The notes below the pieces were generated by a model. That model saw only the letters and a program-made list of their open reading frames with translations. It ran no database searches and had not been told where the DNA came from. DNA of 64,000 nucleotides, taken from Candidatus Bathyarchaeota archaeon. Its GTDB lineage: Archaea; Thermoproteota; Bathyarchaeia; Bathyarchaeales; Bathycorpusculaceae. Shown in pieces: positions 59,775 through 64,000 of this stretch. Position 1 is the first letter of the stretch. Each line of letters opens with the position of its first letter. A program made the translations under genes and the position numbers. The stretch spans positions 224,001 to 288,000 of the forward strand of contig CAWEPZ010000002.1 of the NCBI GenBank assembly GCA_963811105.1, read 5' to 3'.

Positions 59775-61223
59775 ATGCATTGGCGTATGCTTCTGAACTA
59801 TAAAGGAAGCATGGACAAATGGGGAATCGCCTTTGGCACACAAACAACAACAGCTAACCCCTTAAAAATCAAGAAAATCACCCTCGCACAACAGCCTCTC
59901 GAAATATTCTCAAAGCTCCAAAAACAATACCCAACAACCTACCTTTTAGAATCCATCGAAGGACCCGAAAAACTAGCCCAATACTCTTTCATCGGATTTG
60001 ATCCAAAAATAACCGTTCACTGCAAGAATGAAAAAGTGGAAATTAGAAACACAAAAACTGGTGGTTTTTTCACCCAAACAACAAGGGACCCATTGCAAAT
60101 TATAGAAAACCTCCTAAAAGACGACGCCGTGACAGATAGCGAGTTCCGGTTTGTAGGAGGTGCAGTTGGCTACATCTCTTATGATGCAGTGCGTTACTGG
60201 GAAAAACTTCCAGAAAAATCACCTGATGATTTGGTTTTCCCTGATTTGGAAATGGGAATATTCGACGATGGATTCATCTTTAATCACCTGCAAAAACAAG
60301 CTTTCTACTATTATCGGAGTGAAGATCGCATGCCTGAAGTTGAAAGCTTGCTAAAGCAAACAGTTGAATCTGAAGAATTAGTTTACACACAACCTAAAGT
60401 AAATACTAAAAAAGAAAGCTATGAACGGGCAGTTGAAAAAGCAAAAGAATACATCATCGCTGGAGACATCTTCCAAGTTGTACTCTCTAAACGCTACCAA
60501 CTAGAAATAGATGGCAGCTTAATTCCCTTCTATAAAGCATTACGCAGCATTAATCCTTCACCCTACATGTACTTCTACAAGTCAGGAGATCGGCAAATTG
60601 TCGGTTCCAGCCCAGAGATGCTTGTTCGAGTTGAAAACAGAATTGTTGAGACGTTCCCTATTGCCGGCACAAAACCCATTTCTGACGATCCAATCGAAAA
60701 CAACAAACTATCCTGTGAACTACTGGCTGACCCCAAGGAATGTGCAGAGCACGTTATGCTTGTTGATTTAGCACGAAACGATGTAGGCAAAATTTCCAAG
60801 TATGGAAGCGTTCACGTGGCTGAATTCATGAAAGTTCACCAGTACAGCCATGTTCAACATATCGTCTCACAAGTAGTGGGTGAACTGAAAGACAATCTTC
60901 AAAGTTATGATGCTTTGAGGGCTGTTTTTCCAGCTGGAACGGTTTCTGGAGCACCAAAAGTCCGGGCGATGGAAATCATTGATGAACTAGAGCCAGTAAG
61001 ACGTGGGCCTTACGCGGGAGCTGTAGGTTACTTCTCATACAATGGCAATGCAGATTTCGCCATAACTATTCGTACCCTCTTTGCCGACATGAACCAAGCG
61101 TACATTCAAGCGGGAGCAGGAATTGTGGCTGATTCAGTTCCTGAACGCGAGTGGTTTGAAACCGACCATAAGGCAAAGGCGTTGATGCAGGCGCTTGAGC
61201 AAGCTGGAGGTGCTAAAGCATGA
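59775..61223 (+). CDS. trpE: Anthranilate synthase component I
   Basis: LLES, GDIFQVVLS, NPSPYM, PIAGT, AEHVMLVDLARND, GAPKVRAM. Confidence 0.95.
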   Translation: MHWRMLLNYKGSMDKWGIAFGTQTTTANPLKIKKITLAQQPLEIFSKLQKQYPTTYLLESIEGPEKLAQYSFIGFDPKITVHCKNEKVEIRNTKTGGFFTQTTRDPLQIIENLLKDDAVTDSEFRFVGGAVGYISYDAVRYWEKLPEKSPDDLVFPDLEMGIFDDGFIFNHLQKQAFYYYRSEDRMPEVESLLKQTVESEELVYTQPKVNTKKESYERAVEKAKEYIIAGDIFQVVLSKRYQLEIDGSLIPFYKALRSINPSPYMYFYKSGDRQIVGSSPEMLVRVENRIVETFPIAGTKPISDDPIENNKLSCELLADPKECAEHVMLVDLARNDVGKISKYGSVHVAEFMKVHQYSHVQHIVSQVVGELKDNLQSYDALRAVFPAGTVSGAPKVRAMEIIDELEPVRRGPYAGAVGYFSYNGNADFAITIRTLFADMNQAYIQAGAGIVADSVPEREWFETDHKAKALMQALEQAGGAKA

Positions 61224-61810
61224 AGGTACTTGTAATTGATAATTACGATTCATTCGTTTACAACCTTGTCCAATACATAGGTGAACTCGGCGCCGAAGTC
61301 ACAGTTTTCCGCAATAACGAGGTAACGCTAAAACAGTTAAATGAGCTTAAGCCCGATCGAATTGTTATTTCTCCAGGGCCAGGAACACCTGGGGATGAAC
61401 GGTATTTTGGTGTATGCAAAAACATTCTGCTAACCATGAGCCAAACTATTCCCACTTTGGGCGTTTGCTTAGGTCACCAAGGCATAATCAATACCTATGG
61501 CGGAAAAATTGTCCATGCAAAACGGCTTATGCATGGCAAAACATGCAGGATAAAACATGATCAAAAAGGAATCTTTGTTGGGGTCAGAAACCCGTTCACA
61601 GCTACAAGGTATCATTCGCTTGCTGGCGAACGACGTTCTATTCCTACATGCTTGGAAATTTCTGCAGAATGCATTGATGACGGCGAAATTATGGGGGTTA
61701 GACATATCAAGTATCCGATTTATGGGGTGCAATTTCATCCTGAATCGATTCTCTGCGAAGATGGCAAACTAATAATTAAAAACTTCTTGGATAGGAAGCA
61801 ATCGAGATGA
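61220..61810 (+). CDS. trpG: Anthranilate synthase component II
   Basis: IDNYDSF, SPGPG, GVCLGHQ, QFHPES. Confidence 0.95.
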   Translation: MKVLVIDNYDSFVYNLVQYIGELGAEVTVFRNNEVTLKQLNELKPDRIVISPGPGTPGDERYFGVCKNILLTMSQTIPTLGVCLGHQGIINTYGGKIVHAKRLMHGKTCRIKHDQKGIFVGVRNPFTATRYHSLAGERRSIPTCLEISAECIDDGEIMGVRHIKYPIYGVQFHPESILCEDGKLIIKNFLDRKQSR

Positions 61811-62868
61811 TTAGGGAAGGCATACAGAAACTCATCGAAGGCTACAGCCTAACAAGCGGTGAATCAGGCGAAATCATGCGTGAAGTAATTTCGGGGAAAG
61901 CAACAAGCTCGCAAACAGCGGCTTTCCTAACAGCGTTAAGAATGAAAGGTGAAGAAGTTGAGGAGCTCATCGCTTTTGCCTGCGTTATGCGTGAACACAG
62001 CAGCCAAATACATCCCCGTGTTCAAAGCCGCTTAGTGGACACCTGTGGGACAGGTGGCGATAAAATAAAAACCTTCAACGTAAGCACAACCGCAGCCTTT
62101 GTCATTGCAGGCGCTGGGATTGCAGTTGCTAAACATGGAAATAGAGCGGTAACCAGCAAATGCGGAAGCGCCGACGTACTTGAAAACCTTGGTCTCAACT
62201 TACAGGTGGAACCCAAAGCAATAGAGAGAATCATAGAAGACGTTGGAATAGCTTTCATGTTTGCCCCAGCTTTCCATCCAGCCATGAGGTATGCGGTTGA
62301 ACCAAGACGCGAAATCGGTATTCAAACAGTGTTCAATTTGCTCGGACCACTAACTAATCCAGCATGTGCTAACGCCCAACTGCTAGGTGTTTATGAAGCT
62401 AAACTTACAGCGCCGATGGCTTATGCGCTACAACGGCTTGGGTGCGAAGAAGCCATGGTTGTCCACGGATTAGATGGATTAGATGAAGTGTCAACTGTTG
62501 GCAAAACAGCTATCGCGCATTTAAAAAATGGTGGAGTGACTGAAGTTGAAGTTTCTCCTGAAGATTTTGGAGTAAAAATAGCCTGCAGCGCCGATTTGAA
62601 GGTGGCAAGCCCCGAAGAAAGCGCTGAAGTCCTCTTCCAAATTCTCAGTGGCAACCTTACTCATGGCGACCCTAAAATGGAGTTTGTACTTGTCAATAGT
62701 GTCGCAGGAATAATGGTTGGAGGAAAAGCGGAAGACTTTGAAAAAGGGATGGAGATAGCTCGCGAATCTATTGACAGTGGAGATGCTTACAGAAAACTTA
62801 AGGATTTAATTAAAGCATCAAACGGAAATTTGTCGAAACTTGAGGAGTTAGAAGCAAAGTATGATTGA
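61807..62868 (+). CDS. trpD: Anthranilate phosphoribosyltransferase
   Basis: DTCGTGGD, KHGNR, GSADVL, GLDE. Confidence 0.96.
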   Translation: MIREGIQKLIEGYSLTSGESGEIMREVISGKATSSQTAAFLTALRMKGEEVEELIAFACVMREHSSQIHPRVQSRLVDTCGTGGDKIKTFNVSTTAAFVIAGAGIAVAKHGNRAVTSKCGSADVLENLGLNLQVEPKAIERIIEDVGIAFMFAPAFHPAMRYAVEPRREIGIQTVFNLLGPLTNPACANAQLLGVYEAKLTAPMAYALQRLGCEEAMVVHGLDGLDEVSTVGKTAIAHLKNGGVTEVEVSPEDFGVKIACSADLKVASPEESAEVLFQILSGNLTHGDPKMEFVLVNSVAGIMVGGKAEDFEKGMEIARESIDSGDAYRKLKDLIKASNGNLSKLEELEAKYD

Positions 62869-63640
62869 TTTTCTTGATGTTTTGGCACGCGTTGCACAGA
62901 TAACTATTGAAAGTGAATACTACGATACCATAGCACCAGTGGAGAAAGCTAAAATTAGCTTCAAGAAGGCCATTTTAGACTGCAGAGTTAATCCAATAAT
63001 TACTGAGATCAAGTCAGCTTCACCATCTACTGGAGTAATTAGATCAAACGTTGAATCTGCCCTGATTGCGAAAGCCATGGAAAAAGGCGGAGCCGTAGCC
63101 TTATCTGTATTAACCGAGCCAAAACAGTTCAGCGGATCCTTAGAAGCGTTGGCTCAAGCACGAAAAGCAATAGCACTTCCAATTCTAATGAAAGACATAA
63201 TCCTAAGCCCCATACAAATTCAAGCCGGATCAAAACTTGGCGCCAATGCTGTCTTGTTGATTAAAGCACTGTTTGATCGAGGATACAGCGAAAAAACCAT
63301 CGGGGAAATGATCATTGGAGCACATATGCTTGGGCTTGAGGTTTTGCTTGAAACGCATACATTGTCTGAATTTGTTTCCGCCCTAGAAACAGATGCTGAT
63401 TTGATTGGAATAAATAACCGCAACCTGGCAACATTAAAGGTAGATTTAAACGTGACAAAAAAAATCTTAACAAAAGTTAATCCTGGAGACAAAATTGTCG
63501 TAAGTGAAAGCGGAATACAAACGATAGCCGACATATGCTTCCTCCGAAAGAGCGGCGCACGAGCTTTTCTTATTGGCTCAGCTATAATGTTGAGCGATAA
63601 TATTGAAGAAGAAGTAAAGGAGTTTGTGAATGCAAAATGA
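62861..63640 (+). CDS. trpC: Indole-3-glycerol phosphate synthase
   Basis: [26 protein letters not shown]. Confidence 0.95.
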   Translation: MIDFLDVLARVAQITIESEYYDTIAPVEKAKISFKKAILDCRVNPIITEIKSASPSTGVIRSNVESALIAKAMEKGGAVALSVLTEPKQFSGSLEALAQARKAIALPILMKDIILSPIQIQAGSKLGANAVLLIKALFDRGYSEKTIGEMIIGAHMLGLEVLLETHTLSEFVSALETDADLIGINNRNLATLKVDLNVTKKILTKVNPGDKIVVSESGIQTIADICFLRKSGARAFLIGSAIMLSDNIEEEVKEFVNAK

Positions 63641-64000
63641 AGCTAAGCGACTATCCTGTTGACGGCAAATATGGAAAATTCGGCGGTCGCTTCGTTCCAG
63701 AAATCCTAATGGCGGCGATTAAAGAACTTGAAGAAGCTTATGCGCAAGCCCGGAAAGACTCCACTTTCCAGAAAGAACTCGATTATTACCTCTCAGAGTT
63801 TGTTGGTAGACCAACTCCTCTTTATTTTGCTGAAAACTTGACGCGGAAGTTAGGCGGCGCCAAAATTTACCTTAAGCGTGAAGATTTAGCCCATGGTGGA
63901 GCGCACAAAATAAACAACACCATCGGGCAGGCGCTGTTGGCTAAGCGGATGGGCAAAATTCGAGTTATCGCTGAGACAGGAGCAGGGCAACACGGCGTTG
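63637..64000 (+). CDS. trpB: Tryptophan synthase beta chain (partial, runs off the window)
   Basis: [38 protein letters not shown]. Confidence 0.95.
   Translation, partial: MKLSDYPVDGKYGKFGGRFVPEILMAAIKELEEAYAQARKDSTFQKELDYYLSEFVGRPTPLYFAENLTRKLGGAKIYLKREDLAHGGAHKINNTIGQALLAKRMGKIRVIAETGAGQHGV

Noticed and set aside
59775-59830. Trp-containing leader/attenuator before trpE
   Set aside because: The Trp codons are in frame with trpE and not tandem, and no terminator/antiterminator hairpins are visible.
1418-63534. Many short antisense or overlapping ORFs in the six-frame track
   Set aside because: They are shadows of well-supported genes on the other strand or frame and have no recognisable motifs.

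Overview
Archaeal genomic window (about 40% GC, BRE/TATA promoters, PEF-CTERM-type sorting tails, thiolase/DUF35/HMG-CoA synthase cluster). The gene repertoire suggests Ca. Bathyarchaeia, which is an inference. Bases 1-33,200 form an accessory region: about 20 mostly minus-strand genes for secreted, C-terminally anchored surface proteins (NosD/beta-helix, PKD, Ig-like, propeller-like), interleaved with five toxin-antitoxin pairs plus a toxin-like pseudogene, two intact IS elements (IS5-like and IS481), an IS110 remnant and decayed mobile-element genes. Nearly every transcription unit is preceded by a conserved 16-bp dyad, GTCAA-N6-TTGAC, usually in tandem with an 8- or 19-bp spacer. It lies exactly 7 bp from a TATA box and often directly abuts orphan, DNA-conserved C-terminal anchor remnants, which suggests a co-regulated and shuffled surface-protein cassette array. 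A degenerate copy of the same promoter precedes an ORF-poor, highly base-paired ~285-nt segment (40764-41049, minus strand), a candidate novel ncRNA. Bases 33,200-64,000 are mostly housekeeping: GT-C glycosyltransferases, dinB, radical SAM, pncB (frameshift), a catalytically degenerate thiolase with a DUF35-HMGS fusion, SSB, uvrBAC (uvrB frameshift), tRNA-Lys(CTT), trmO, cutA and trpEGDC plus the start of trpB.
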